Virus record (IMG/VR): IMGVR_UViG_3300048586_000159
Location: 1-51,992 of that record
Strand: one strand, 5' to 3'
DNA length: 51,992 nucleotides
Origin: a virus
Lineage: Duplodnaviria > Caudoviricetes
The position numbers and the translations under genes were made by a program. This document shows, one piece after another, positions 43,377 through 51,992 of this stretch. Under the pieces are notes generated by a model. It had not been told where the DNA came from. It searched no databases and was given only the letters and a program-made list of their open reading frames with translations. Every line of letters starts with the position of its first letter. Position 1 is the stretch's first letter.

Positions 43377-43633
43377 GCACCGTTCTACCGACCAAGCCCG
43401 GATACTACTGGGCGAAGTGGCAGATCGCCACCGACGAGACCCATGAGGGTAACGACCTGACCCCGGCCGCATGCTGGGAGATTGTTCAGGTGAACGACAA
43501 CAACGGTGAAGGGGTCGAGGCACTGAGCGTGTCCGTTCCCAGCGTCCGTGAAGTGCAGTGGCCCGACTGCTTTGTCTGGGGCGCTTTCGTTGCCGAGCTT
43601 AATCGTCCGGTGAAGGTGCAAGCCCATGCGTGA
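43373..43633 (+). CDS. Hypothetical protein
   Basis: PTKPGYYWAKW motif; ATGA coupling. Confidence 0.65.
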   Translation: MSTVLPTKPGYYWAKWQIATDETHEGNDLTPAACWEIVQVNDNNGEGVEALSVSVPSVREVQWPDCFVWGAFVAELNRPVKVQAHA

Positions 43634-43832
43634 TCGCTGCGACCTCAACACCCACGCCGAATGCTCCTGCATCGCCTCCAACGTCCCCTGCAAGGTTCAG
43701 ACGTACCAGATCCTTGAGGAAGCGAACACTGGCGCTGCCAAGCACGGCAGCGCCTGCCTGATCCTCCTCTCCATCATTGTTTTCGCAATTGTCGTCGGCC
43801 TCGGCGCGCAGGTCGCGCCCGCCGCTATCTAA
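43626..43832 (+). CDS. Small Cys-containing membrane protein
   Basis: C-terminal TM segment; coupled start. Confidence 0.5.
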   Translation: MRDRCDLNTHAECSCIASNVPCKVQTYQILEEANTGAAKHGSACLILLSIIVFAIVVGLGAQVAPAAI

Positions 43833-43842
43833 GGGGAATGTC

Positions 43843-44913
43843 GTGTCCGAATCCACCGATCTGATCATCTCTCTGCCTTCGGTCCCGAGCGTTGCGACGT
43901 TCACCGACGAGGCTGAGTTCGACAAGCTCTATGATGCGATCCTGAAAAAGGTCGATGAGCATAAACCTGACGTGTCAACGAAGAAGGGCCGCGACGAAAT
44001 CAAGTCGCTCGCCTTCAAGATCGCGAAAACGAAGGTGGCGCTGGACAAGCAGGGCCTCGCTCTCACCGGCGAGTGGCGCGAGAACACCAAGAAGGTGAAC
44101 GCAACCCGCACGAAGATCGAAGAGCGCCTTGAAGCCCTCCAGACGACCGTACGCAAGCCGCTTACCGAGTGGGAGGCCGCGGAGAACGCGCGCATCGACA
44201 AACATAAGGATGCGCTCGACATTCTCCTGTCCCATATCACAACGTCGCTAGGCCAACCTTCGGCCAACTTGAAGGCCGCACTCGCGAGCGTCGAGGAAAC
44301 CGTCGTCGATGCTTCATGGGAGGAGTTCGAAGACCGCGCCGCCCTTGCGAAGCAGGACGCAATCGTTGCCCTCCAGAGGTTGATCGAGACCGCCGAGAAG
44401 CAGGAGGCAGACGCCGCCGAGCTGGCCGCGCTGCGCGCCGCTCAGGCCGAACGCGACAGGCAGGACGCCGAGCGCCGCGCCGCCGAGGAAGCCGCCCGAG
44501 CCGAAGCCGAACGCGCCGAGCAGGAACGCCGTGCGGAGGAACAGCGAAAAGCGGACATTGCGAAGGCTGCCACCGAAGCGGCGGAACGCGCCGAGCGTGA
44601 TGCAGCTGAACGCGTGGCGGCCGCCGAGCGGGAAGCAGCAGAGGCCAAGGAGCGCGCAGAACGTGAGATCGAGGAGGCCAAAGCCAAGGCGCTTGCCGAT
44701 GCTCAGGCCCGTGAACAGGCAGAAGCAGCGGCTCGCGCCGCCGAAGAGGCTGAACAGCGCCGCCGCGAAGCCGACAAGGAACATCGCAAGACGGTCAACA
44801 ACGCCATCGTCGCCGAACTCGTCGAATGCTCCGGCATCACGGCCGAGCAGGCGCAGGCCATCGTCGGTCACCTCGTCCGTGGCCTCGTCCCCAACGTCAC
44901 GCTGAACTACTGA
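43843..44913 (+). CDS. Long coiled-coil phage protein (often labelled TolA-like)
   Basis: PDVSTKKGRDEIKSLAFKIAKTK...VRKPLTEWE; C-terminal READKEHRK..N...VPNVTLNY. Confidence 0.8.
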   Translation: MSESTDLIISLPSVPSVATFTDEAEFDKLYDAILKKVDEHKPDVSTKKGRDEIKSLAFKIAKTKVALDKQGLALTGEWRENTKKVNATRTKIEERLEALQTTVRKPLTEWEAAENARIDKHKDALDILLSHITTSLGQPSANLKAALASVEETVVDASWEEFEDRAALAKQDAIVALQRLIETAEKQEADAAELAALRAAQAERDRQDAERRAAEEAARAEAERAEQERRAEEQRKADIAKAATEAAERAERDAAERVAAAEREAAEAKERAEREIEEAKAKALADAQAREQAEAAARAAEEAEQRRREADKEHRKTVNNAIVAELVECSGITAEQAQAIVGHLVRGLVPNVTLNY

Positions 44914-44926
44914 GGAGAAAATCGCC

Positions 44927-45718
44927 ATGGCGCAGGCTCTTGAAATTCAGGCAGCATCCGAAATTCCGATGGTCGCCGACCGGCCCGACCGTGAGGCCAT
45001 CACGCCCATGATCATGCTTGATCAGGCCATCGCGCGCGGCGCTGATATCAACGTCCTTGAGAAGTTGATGGGGCTGCAAGAGCGCTGGGAGGCCAATCAG
45101 GCGCGCAAAGCGTTCGATGCGGCAATGGCGGATGCCAAGGCGAAAATCCCGCCGATCCTGAAAAACCGCAAGGTCGATTTCACGTCACAGAAGGGCCGGA
45201 CGAACTATCGACATGAAGACCTCGGTGAGATCGCCAAGACAGTTGACCCGATCCTTGCCGAGTTCGGCCTTTCCTACCGTTTCAACACCGAGACGGTAGG
45301 CGGAACGGTCAGCGTGACGTGCATCGTATCGCACCGTGACGGACACTCCGAGCGCAACACCCTTTCGGGCGCGCACGACCAGTCCGGAAACAAGAACAGC
45401 ATCCAGGCGGTCGGATCCACAATCACCTATTTGCAGCGCTACACGCTGAAAGCCGCGCTCGGCCTTGCCGCATCGAATGACGATGACGGCGCAAAGGCCG
45501 ACAATACCGCCAAGGATGACGAGGTCATCACGGAAGCCCAAGCTTCTGTCGTTCGGGAGCTTGTCGAAAAGGCACAGCTCGAAATCGATCAGTTCTGCGG
45601 GCACTGGAAAATCGAGGCTTTGCCCGACATCCCCATGAGCAAATTCAACGACGTTGTCGCGTCACTTCGCCGCCGCATCGCGTACCTCGCAGAGCAGGAG
45701 GCCAAGAACAATGGATAA
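44927..45718 (+). CDS. erf: ERF-family single-strand annealing recombinase
   Basis: QAVGSTITYLQRYTLKAALGLAASNDDDG signature. Confidence 0.88.
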   Translation: MAQALEIQAASEIPMVADRPDREAITPMIMLDQAIARGADINVLEKLMGLQERWEANQARKAFDAAMADAKAKIPPILKNRKVDFTSQKGRTNYRHEDLGEIAKTVDPILAEFGLSYRFNTETVGGTVSVTCIVSHRDGHSERNTLSGAHDQSGNKNSIQAVGSTITYLQRYTLKAALGLAASNDDDGAKADNTAKDDEVITEAQASVVRELVEKAQLEIDQFCGHWKIEALPDIPMSKFNDVVASLRRRIAYLAEQEAKNNG

Positions 45719-46373
45719 CATCGAGCAAGGCAGCATCGAATGGCTGAAACTTCGGGCCGGCAAGGTTACGGCCTCCCGCGTTGCCGATGTGATCGCCAAG
45801 ACCAAGACTGGCGTATCCGCCTCCCGCGCCAAGTACGCGGGTGAGTTGATAGCTGAGCGTCTTACTGGCGCTCCGGCAGAGCGCTACAGCAATGCCGCAA
45901 TGGCTTGGGGCACTGAGATGGAGCCCGAAGCCCGAAGCGCCTACGAGTATAACCGAGTCGCTGCTGTCGAGCAGGTCGCGTTCGTCCTGCACCCGACCAT
46001 CGGCGACAGCGGCGCATCCCCTGACGGCCTCGTCGGCGATGACGGCCTTGTCGAGATCAAGTGCCCCGAGACCCACACCCATATCGAAACGCTCCTCGGC
46101 CAAGCCGTGCCGGCCAAGTACGTCACGCAGATGCAGTGGCAAATGGCATGCACCGGCCGGGCGTGGTGCGATTTCGTCTCCTACGATCCTCGCCTGCCCG
46201 AGCCGATGCGGTTCTTCTGCAAGCGTGTCATGCGCGACGATGCTCTTATCGCCGAACTGGAAACCGAAGTCATCGCCTTCCTGAACGATGTTCGCGGAAC
46301 TGTCGCGAAATTGCAGCGTATCTATGATCCTCAGCCGATCGATGCGACCGCTGCGCTTTTAATGGCGGGATGA
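45711..46373 (+). CDS. YqaJ/lambda-exonuclease-family nuclease
   Basis: QGSIEWLKLRAGKVTAS, GASPDGLV, EIKCP and QMQWQM motifs. Confidence 0.9.
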   Translation: MDNIEQGSIEWLKLRAGKVTASRVADVIAKTKTGVSASRAKYAGELIAERLTGAPAERYSNAAMAWGTEMEPEARSAYEYNRVAAVEQVAFVLHPTIGDSGASPDGLVGDDGLVEIKCPETHTHIETLLGQAVPAKYVTQMQWQMACTGRAWCDFVSYDPRLPEPMRFFCKRVMRDDALIAELETEVIAFLNDVRGTVAKLQRIYDPQPIDATAALLMAG

Positions 46374-46376
46374 CCG

Positions 46377-46892
46377 ATGACGACCGCACCTCTCCCGCTC
46401 AGATACGAAGGCGATGGCGAATTCCGCGTCATGTCCAACTACTGGATGGCGAAGGCTGATAAAGTTTTTGTCGTCGGCGAGACCTATCGCATGGTGGAGC
46501 ATCACGACCGCTCCACCAACAGCCACAACCACTATTTCGCATCGCTCAAGAACGGCTTCGACAGCCTGCCGGATCATCTGCGCGATGAGTATCCGACAGT
46601 AGAGCATTTGCGCAAAAAGGCGCTGATCCGCAAAGGCTATTGCAGCCACAATGACCATGTTTGCGCCAGTAAGGCCGAGGCGCAGAGGCTACGAGCCTTC
46701 ATAAAGCCCATGGACGAATACGCGATTGTCGAGGCGGTGGAGTGCGTTGTCCGCGTCTACACCGCGAAAAGCCAGTCCATGAAGGCCATGGGCAATCGAG
46801 ATTTCCAGCAATCCAAGAGCGATGTGCTCGATTTTGTTGACGACCTTCTCGGCGTTGAGCGCGGCGCGACCGCGAGATCGGAGGCAGCATGA
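46377..46892 (+). CDS. Recombination-module protein (NinB-like, tentative)
   Basis: RSTNSHNHYFA...EHLRK.ALI...S..AM...DF; located after the exonuclease. Confidence 0.6.
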   Translation: MTTAPLPLRYEGDGEFRVMSNYWMAKADKVFVVGETYRMVEHHDRSTNSHNHYFASLKNGFDSLPDHLRDEYPTVEHLRKKALIRKGYCSHNDHVCASKAEAQRLRAFIKPMDEYAIVEAVECVVRVYTAKSQSMKAMGNRDFQQSKSDVLDFVDDLLGVERGATARSEAA

Positions 46893-47218
46893 CCCGCCAG
46901 TATTGTGCAGAGCAAGTTGTCGCAATCTCTGGATGGGAATGCGGCACCGAAATCGAACTGACGATGGTCGTCACCTTCACGGTCCACCCGTACCGCCCGG
47001 CGACTGAAATCGACCCGCCGGAAGAGGCGAGCGCGGAAGTCGTCCGCATTCGATGGTTTGACGGCAAGGATGAATTGACCCTGCCATGGTCGATTGGCGA
47101 CCGCTTTGCCAGCGAAGACGGTTTCAAGGAATGGCTTCTGGCCGAGGCGAGCGATCAGATTGTTGCCGCCGAGGAAGATGCGGCCGATGCGAAGCGGGAA
47201 AAGCGAGGTGGAGCATGA
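46889..47218 (+). CDS. Acidic hypothetical protein, paralog 2
   Basis: Paralog of 43038-43376. Confidence 0.75.
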   Translation: MTRQYCAEQVVAISGWECGTEIELTMVVTFTVHPYRPATEIDPPEEASAEVVRIRWFDGKDELTLPWSIGDRFASEDGFKEWLLAEASDQIVAAEEDAADAKREKRGGA

Positions 47219-47433
47219 CAAAACCTGTCACCGTCAAGGGCTATACCCGAAACGCCGAGAAGACGCCTGATCCGTTTGCCGACGTGGCCGATCTTGTTGA
47301 TTCCGAAACAGAAGGTGTTGCGGATAGCGACGAGTTTCAAATGCATTTCCACGATTACCTCATGGCCTCGTGGAAGCTCTCCATATTCCGCCGCGCCCGC
47401 GCACTCCTCGGAGGTGAAAATGCAGGTAACTGA
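47215..47433 (+). CDS. Hypothetical protein
   Basis: ATGA coupling; starts MTKPVTVKGYTR. Confidence 0.55.
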   Translation: MTKPVTVKGYTRNAEKTPDPFADVADLVDSETEGVADSDEFQMHFHDYLMASWKLSIFRRARALLGGENAGN

Positions 47434-48226
47434 CGAAATGGTGGAAGAGGGAGCAAAAGCCCTTGGCGGGGGAGATTGGCAATCATGCGTAAACGATCGC
47501 CCGATGTGGCGCGAAGATGCACGTCGTGTCCTCACCGCAGCCCTTTCAGATAAGCAGGCGGGAGAGGTGAAGGACGAAGATGCTTGGCTCGGGCTATCGA
47601 CCGTTTCGAGCGAGGATCTTCAGGAGGCGCTTGACCTTCTTCCGTCAGTGTTGCGCCCCTCGATGAGCAACCGCATTGTTGCTGCCATCACAGAGCAGGC
47701 CAGCATTATTGATCGTTTCAAGCGAACGTCGCGCGCTCGCCGGCTTTCTTTTGAAGCCGCCCGCTCCGCCCTTGTCGATGTGCCGGTGGTAGAGCCGGTG
47801 GCGTGGCTCCCGGCCGATGATGCCCCCCGCGGCGTCTATGCGTTGATCAAGCATCGTTCGGGGCAACTCGACCTTTGCTACAAGACCGACAACGGCGAGC
47901 CGTTCCTTGAGACGTGGCGATATGCCGGAACCGCCAAGCGCGGGGAGCAAGCACCTTGGCCGGAGAGCTACATTCCGGTTTCGGAATTGCGCACCTCCCC
48001 ACCCCTCTACCGAGAAGGAGAGGACAGCGCGGAGGTGATGTACGCTGAGCGCTTGGCGACAGCCCTTCATGAAAAACACTATGCGGCGTCTGCACCGGAT
48101 TGGAAGCCGCTTCATGGTGACCTAATCGGCCTTCTCACCCAGATTGACAACATGACTGCCGGCCTATCGCTCGCCGCCACGCGCAGCGGTTCCGCCACTA
48201 CATCTTCCGGAGGCGAACATGAATGA
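47420..48226 (+). CDS. Mosaic hypothetical protein (EPVAW-type phage accessory)
   Basis: GGAGG RBS; VTDEMV and EPVAW motifs. Confidence 0.65.
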   Translation: MQVTDEMVEEGAKALGGGDWQSCVNDRPMWREDARRVLTAALSDKQAGEVKDEDAWLGLSTVSSEDLQEALDLLPSVLRPSMSNRIVAAITEQASIIDRFKRTSRARRLSFEAARSALVDVPVVEPVAWLPADDAPRGVYALIKHRSGQLDLCYKTDNGEPFLETWRYAGTAKRGEQAPWPESYIPVSELRTSPPLYREGEDSAEVMYAERLATALHEKHYAASAPDWKPLHGDLIGLLTQIDNMTAGLSLAATRSGSATTSSGGEHE

Positions 48227-48740
48227 TCTTCCGCGCGGCATCATCAAGCATACGCAACTCCTGCTGCACGATCCCGACAATGGGGTATACGGCGACTGCT
48301 GGCGCGCGACCGTGGCTTCTCTGCTGCGCTTGCCCATAGAGGCCGTACCCCATGTGTGCAATGGCCCTGACGACGGGAAAGCCAGCGATCGCATGCGCGC
48401 TTTCCTCGACAGCCAGAATTGTGCGCTCATCCAGATACCGTTCAACGGTGAAATGTCGCTGGAACAGGTCTTGGAATACGTCGGATCTGTCTCGGTATCC
48501 GGCGGCATGCACTGGTGCCTCATGGGCACGAGCCGCACCGGCTGCAACCACGTCGTCATCTGTAAGGGCGGGGAGATCGTGCACGACCCGTCGATAACGC
48601 AGAGCGGCATCATCGGCCCGGCCAATGACGGCCTGTGGTGGGCCGAGTGGGTCGTGCAGCGGGCCGCGTGCGACGCGCTCTCCACCCCCACGGAAGCATC
48701 TGGAACCTCCGCTATCCGCCAGAGAGGAGAGAGCGAATGA
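48219..48740 (+). CDS. Putative papain-fold (C39-like) protein
   Basis: Q...GDCWRATVASLL, NHVVI and HDPS pattern. Confidence 0.55.
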   Translation: MNDLPRGIIKHTQLLLHDPDNGVYGDCWRATVASLLRLPIEAVPHVCNGPDDGKASDRMRAFLDSQNCALIQIPFNGEMSLEQVLEYVGSVSVSGGMHWCLMGTSRTGCNHVVICKGGEIVHDPSITQSGIIGPANDGLWWAEWVVQRAACDALSTPTEASGTSAIRQRGESE

Positions 48741-49072
48741 GGGTTGAGCGCGAGAACCGGAATCCAGAGATTACTTCGCACATGGCGACCTTTATCAAGC
48801 AGCGGCGCAAGGAGCTTCGGCTGTCACTCGATGATGTCGCAAAGCGCATGGGTGGCTCCAAGGCTCACATCTGGCAGCTTGAGACCGGAGGGTCAAAGAA
48901 TCCGTCTCTCTGGATGATCCTTGGCATCTGCGAGGCCTTGCACTGTTCTCTGAACGCGCTGATCGGCCGGGACATTGCCCAGCCCATCTACACCGAATCC
49001 GAAATGGCCTTGATAGACGCCCACCGTGAGATATTCGGCCTCAACGCACTGGATAAGGAGCGGGGAGAATGA
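48737..49072 (+). CDS. XRE-family HTH protein
   Basis: IKQRRKELRLSLDDVAKRMGGSKAHIWQLETG..NPSL. Confidence 0.8.
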   Translation: MRVERENRNPEITSHMATFIKQRRKELRLSLDDVAKRMGGSKAHIWQLETGGSKNPSLWMILGICEALHCSLNALIGRDIAQPIYTESEMALIDAHREIFGLNALDKERGE

Positions 49073-49386
49073 GCCCGGCAACCTTCACCGGATACATCAT
49101 CGCCGCGCAAGATTGGCCCGATGACGTGAAACTCGCGATGGGCAAGAGTACCCTTGCAACAACCACGGCCGATGCTTGGCGGCGGCATGTCGGGCACGAG
49201 AAGGCAGCGAGCCGCGATTTCCCGGCCTACGTCCAGCGCTGGAGCGACATGGGTTACAAGCCCTTCCGCGTCACGCTGGCACTCGACAACTTACCAGACC
49301 AGTCGGAAGCTGTGGCCGAAATTCTGCGCAAGCAGGCATCCCGTTCGGCCCTTCGCCCCGCACGAAGGAAGGAGTCGCGAGAATGA
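49069..49386 (+). CDS. Hypothetical protein
   Basis: ATGA coupling at both ends. Confidence 0.6.
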   Translation: MSPATFTGYIIAAQDWPDDVKLAMGKSTLATTTADAWRRHVGHEKAASRDFPAYVQRWSDMGYKPFRVTLALDNLPDQSEAVAEILRKQASRSALRPARRKESRE

Positions 49387-49733
49387 CGGCGCTACCGAAT
49401 GTTTTCACACCTGAACAGGTTGCCTCTCACGTCGGCTGGTCTCCCCGCAAGCTGAGGGAGTTTGCCAGAGAGATTGGAGCGTGTAGGATTTTGGGAAACC
49501 GTATGGTTCTCACGCAGTCCGACATTGACGCAATTCTGGAAGCCAGCAGACCATGCCCCTCACCCTCTACAAGCGCCCCGGCGGGAAAATCTACCACTAT
49601 CGCGGCACTATCAACGGGCAAAGGCTACGCGGGTCTACTGGAACTGCGAAGAAAGCAGTCGCAGAGCGCTTCATCAGTCAGCTCGAAGAAAAGCAGTGGA
49701 AAGGTGATCTTGATGGGCCGGGAGCCATCCTGA
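49383..49733 (+). CDS. Excisionase-like HTH protein (3' part overlaps int)
   Basis: FTPEQVASHVGWSPRKLRE...DIDAILEA, directly before int. Confidence 0.65.
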   Translation: MTALPNVFTPEQVASHVGWSPRKLREFAREIGACRILGNRMVLTQSDIDAILEASRPCPSPSTSAPAGKSTTIAALSTGKGYAGLLELRRKQSQSASSVSSKKSSGKVILMGREPS

Positions 49734-50563
49734 GATTTTCCGACGCCGCGATGCATTATCGACAGGCGCAACGATCTCATCGGTTTTTACCGCTTGTCGA
49801 GGACTACTGGAAAGACACCCTCGTCAAGGAAATATCATCTGGCGCAGTCCGCAAGGCCGCAATGGCGCTGTATCCCAACGCATCTGGCGCAACACGCAAT
49901 CGGCATGTCATCGTCCCCACGCAGGCCGTCATAAATCACGCCGCATCCCTTGAGTTGTGCCAGCGTCTGAAGGTCGAGAGGTTCCCCGAAAATTACAAGG
50001 TCAAAACTCCCGTCACATGGGAATGGGTATGCGCATTTATGGCGGCGTCGAATCCACACTTGGGGGCCTTGGCATGCTTCATGTTCCTAACGGGGGCAAG
50101 GATTAGCGAAGCACTGGATCTTCAATGGGCCGATGTCGATCTCGCCAAAAGACGGTCCATCATCCGGCAAACCAAGATTGGCAGCGAGAGAAACGCTCAC
50201 CTGCCTGTCGCCCTGGTTACGGCCATAGCGAACATAGAAGGCGACAGAAACCCCGCGGCATCTGTCTTCAAATATTCAACACGCAACACATGCGCGCCTC
50301 AATGGAAGAAGGCATGCAAGCGCGCCGGAATACCGTTTCGCAGCTTTCATTGCTGCCGGCACGGCTTCGCTACCGCGCTTCTTCACAAGGGCGTGGACCC
50401 GATTACCGTGGCAAAACTTGGGGGGTGGAAATCTGCGCAGCACGTCTTCGAGACCTATGGTCACGCTATGACTGACGACACCCTGGCAGATAAGATTGCT
50501 GACACGCTACAGACACAGGCCAGCGAAGAAATAATAGATTATGATAGGGAATCAAAAGCTTAG
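49553..50563 (+). CDS. int: Tyrosine recombinase (integrase)
   Basis: TGARISEAL, TK, FHCCRHGFAT, LGGW and YGH catalytic motifs. Confidence 0.93.
   Translation: MPLTLYKRPGGKIYHYRGTINGQRLRGSTGTAKKAVAERFISQLEEKQWKGDLDGPGAILRFSDAAMHYRQAQRSHRFLPLVEDYWKDTLVKEISSGAVRKAAMALYPNASGATRNRHVIVPTQAVINHAASLELCQRLKVERFPENYKVKTPVTWEWVCAFMAASNPHLGALACFMFLTGARISEALDLQWADVDLAKRRSIIRQTKIGSERNAHLPVALVTAIANIEGDRNPAASVFKYSTRNTCAPQWKKACKRAGIPFRSFHCCRHGFATALLHKGVDPITVAKLGGWKSAQHVFETYGHAMTDDTLADKIADTLQTQASEEIIDYDRESKA
50500..50517 (+). repeat. Arm-type site copy within the int 3' end
   Basis: TGACACgctacAGACACA. Confidence 0.5.
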
Positions 50564-50566
50564 GGG

Positions 50567-51244
50567 TTGCAGATGCACCGCGAAACGATCAAATCACTAA
50601 AAGCAAGGTCTGTTGATCTACGGTCGCTATCTCTACTGCTTGACTGCGCGGAAGATCATGTTTCCGGCCTCTTGTCCGGGTCTGTTTCTCCATCATCTAG
50701 AGAACGGGCCATACTGCGGCTTTGTGCCAATGTTGTAGATACGAGGCTGAAAAACATCCTCTCAGAGTTCGAGGAAGAGAACGGGTGGAGGATAATCCCA
50801 GGGTTTTCCGCCTACGAAATAAGCCGCAGTGCACAAGTGCGTAGGAGAAAGTCGGGCCATGGGTCTCTGCCAGGACTTGTCCTGAAGCCCCGCTTCAGAG
50901 GAAAGCATCTAGTCGTAAACCTTGCGTCAGATGATCGGGGAATACGATCAGTCTTCGTGCATCAGCTTATGTGCGCAACGTTTCACGGCCCGCAACCAAG
51001 CCCTAGGCACATGGTCTGCCACAAGAACGATGTCGGCGACGATAACAGGCCAGAGAACCTTTATTGGGGAACGGCTGCTGATAACCGGCGCGACATGGAG
51101 AGAAACGGGCTTGTTGCGTTTATTGACACACAGGAGACACAAAGGGCGATAAGAGAGGGTGGAAAACCCCTCCAGGAACTTAGGAAAAGAAAAAAGAAAT
51201 CAATGCTTTATAGGCTTGATAGGATGGCAAAAATGGGGACTTAA
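50567..51244 (+). CDS. NUMOD4-HNH endonuclease between int and att
   Basis: WRIIPGFSAYEIS; VHQLMCATFHGP..VCHKNDVGDDNRPENLYWGT..N. Confidence 0.82.
   Translation: MQMHRETIKSLKARSVDLRSLSLLLDCAEDHVSGLLSGSVSPSSRERAILRLCANVVDTRLKNILSEFEEENGWRIIPGFSAYEISRSAQVRRRKSGHGSLPGLVLKPRFRGKHLVVNLASDDRGIRSVFVHQLMCATFHGPQPSPRHMVCHKNDVGDDNRPENLYWGTAADNRRDMERNGLVAFIDTQETQRAIREGGKPLQELRKRKKKSMLYRLDRMAKMGT
51124..51141 (+). repeat. Arm-type site copy near the right att core
   Basis: TGACACacaggAGACACA, about 110 bp from the core. Confidence 0.55.
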
Positions 51245-51251
51245 AATGCAC

Positions 51252-51280
51252 CCTCGTTGGGGAGGAGTGTCCCGCCGCCG
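51252..51280 (+). repeat. att core, right copy
   Basis: Exact 29-bp match to 674-702. Confidence 0.95.
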
Positions 51281-51281
51281 T

Positions 51282-51310
51282 GAATATGGGAGAGGCCTTC
51301 TCCAGTCAAG
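51282..51310 (-). promoter_or_regulatory. Candidate native serC sigma70 promoter (CTTGAC-N17-ATATTC), now separated from serC
   Basis: Consensus rhizobial -35 with a 17-bp spacer, 1 nt from the att core. Confidence 0.7.
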
Positions 51311-51401
51311 AAGAATATGTCGCTATCGAAAAATAATCCGGCGCAATGGAAACGGCGCGCCGGTTGCCCGACGCGCCGTGAAAGAACCCGATAGCGCGCC
51401 C

Positions 51402-51992
51402 CTACCAGAGCGGGACACGCAGGCCGACGCGGAATTCGTGCTTCTGGATGCCGCGGTCGCGGACATCCATGCCACCCGCCCCCGAGCGGAAGGCGTCGCC
51501 GCCGGCAATGTCGGAGAAACGGTAGCCAAAGTCGAGCTTGATGTTGGAGGCAAGGTCCATGGACGCACCGGCCATCAGGGCATAGGTGAAGCGCAGGCCA
51601 TCCTGCCCCGCAAGCCGCACTCCGGGGCAACCCGCCCCGCCGCAGGCGGCGTCGCGCCAGTCGAGATAGGTCGCCCCCAGCCCCACGCCGACATAGGGCG
51701 TGAAGCCGGCGAGCGTGCCGAGATCGACATAGCCATTGGCCATCACGCCGGCGGCGGAATAATCGGCCTTGAAGGCGCAAGGCCCGCCGGCACAGGCGGC
51801 GCTGCCGCGAAAATCGTCCTTGGAATAATCGACGGTTACGTCGGCGCGCGCCAGATCGTTGAACTGGTAGCCGAGGCCAAGGCCATAGGAGAGCGGCCGG
51901 GAGAAACGGCGCTCGTCGAATTCCTGCGTTGCGCCGGCTTGCGTGATGCGCGGCCGCCCGCCCTTGATCCAGCCGGAATAGCCGAGGTCGCC
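51402..51992 (-). CDS. Host outer-membrane beta-barrel protein (partial; 5' part lies beyond window end)
   Basis: GDLGYS..GLGLGYQFN..RADVT..MANGYVDLG...TPYVGVGLG...HEFRVGLR. The frame is open to the window end. Confidence 0.85.
   Translation of the reverse strand, partial: GDLGYSGWIKGGRPRITQAGATQEFDERRFSRPLSYGLGLGYQFNDLARADVTVDYSKDDFRGSAACAGGPCAFKADYSAAGVMANGYVDLGTLAGFTPYVGVGLGATYLDWRDAACGGAGCPGVRLAGQDGLRFTYALMAGASMDLASNIKLDFGYRFSDIAGGDAFRSGAGGMDVRDRGIQKHEFRVGLRVPLW

Larger units (their letters stand above)
674..51280. mobile_element. Integrated temperate prophage, ~50.6 kb, siphovirus-like, apparently complete
   Basis: Flanked by identical 29-bp repeats. Contains int, cI/cro, recombination, replication, terminase, portal, capsid, tail tube, tape measure and lysis genes. 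Host genes lie outside both ends. Confidence 0.96.

Noticed and set aside
43843-44913. TolA homolog or DNA repeat array
   Set aside because: The Ala/Glu/Arg-rich coiled coil gives only compositional similarity; there is no TM anchor and no exact DNA repeat unit.
49553-49733. 181-nt overlap of the xis-like ORF with int as a frameshift fusion
   Set aside because: No clear slippery site. The overlapping tail is low-complexity, and xis/int overlaps are common.

Overview
The window holds an apparently complete ~50.6 kb temperate, siphovirus-like prophage (674-51280) in an alphaproteobacterial host, probably Rhizobiaceae. It is bounded by a perfect 29-bp direct repeat and integrated in the 5' leader of serC, between an outer-membrane beta-barrel gene and serC. 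On the minus strand, reading right to left, are cro, replication and methylation genes, a late regulator, terminase, portal, head, tail and lysis genes. On the plus strand are cI, the early-left and ERF/YqaJ recombination genes, xis and int. Most notable: (1) Seven HNH-type endonuclease loci are present. Four sit just after structural genes and each carries a conserved ~80-nt SymR-like cis-antisense cassette (antisense promoter, anti-start/anti-SD hairpin, terminator) over its start codon. (2) At least three HNH cassettes appear to have inserted inside the end of a phage gene and supplied a recoded replacement end, leaving the old end as a remnant (gp10-like neck gene, holin-like gene, integrase/arm site). 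(3) The phage att arm appears to supply a replacement sigma70 promoter for serC in exactly the native register. (4) A chimeric C5/amino methyltransferase carries a nested out-of-frame beta-subunit-like ORF. (5) LexA boxes, a structured late leader and a possible RBS pseudoknot are also present. All family calls come from motif recognition by eye; no searches were run.
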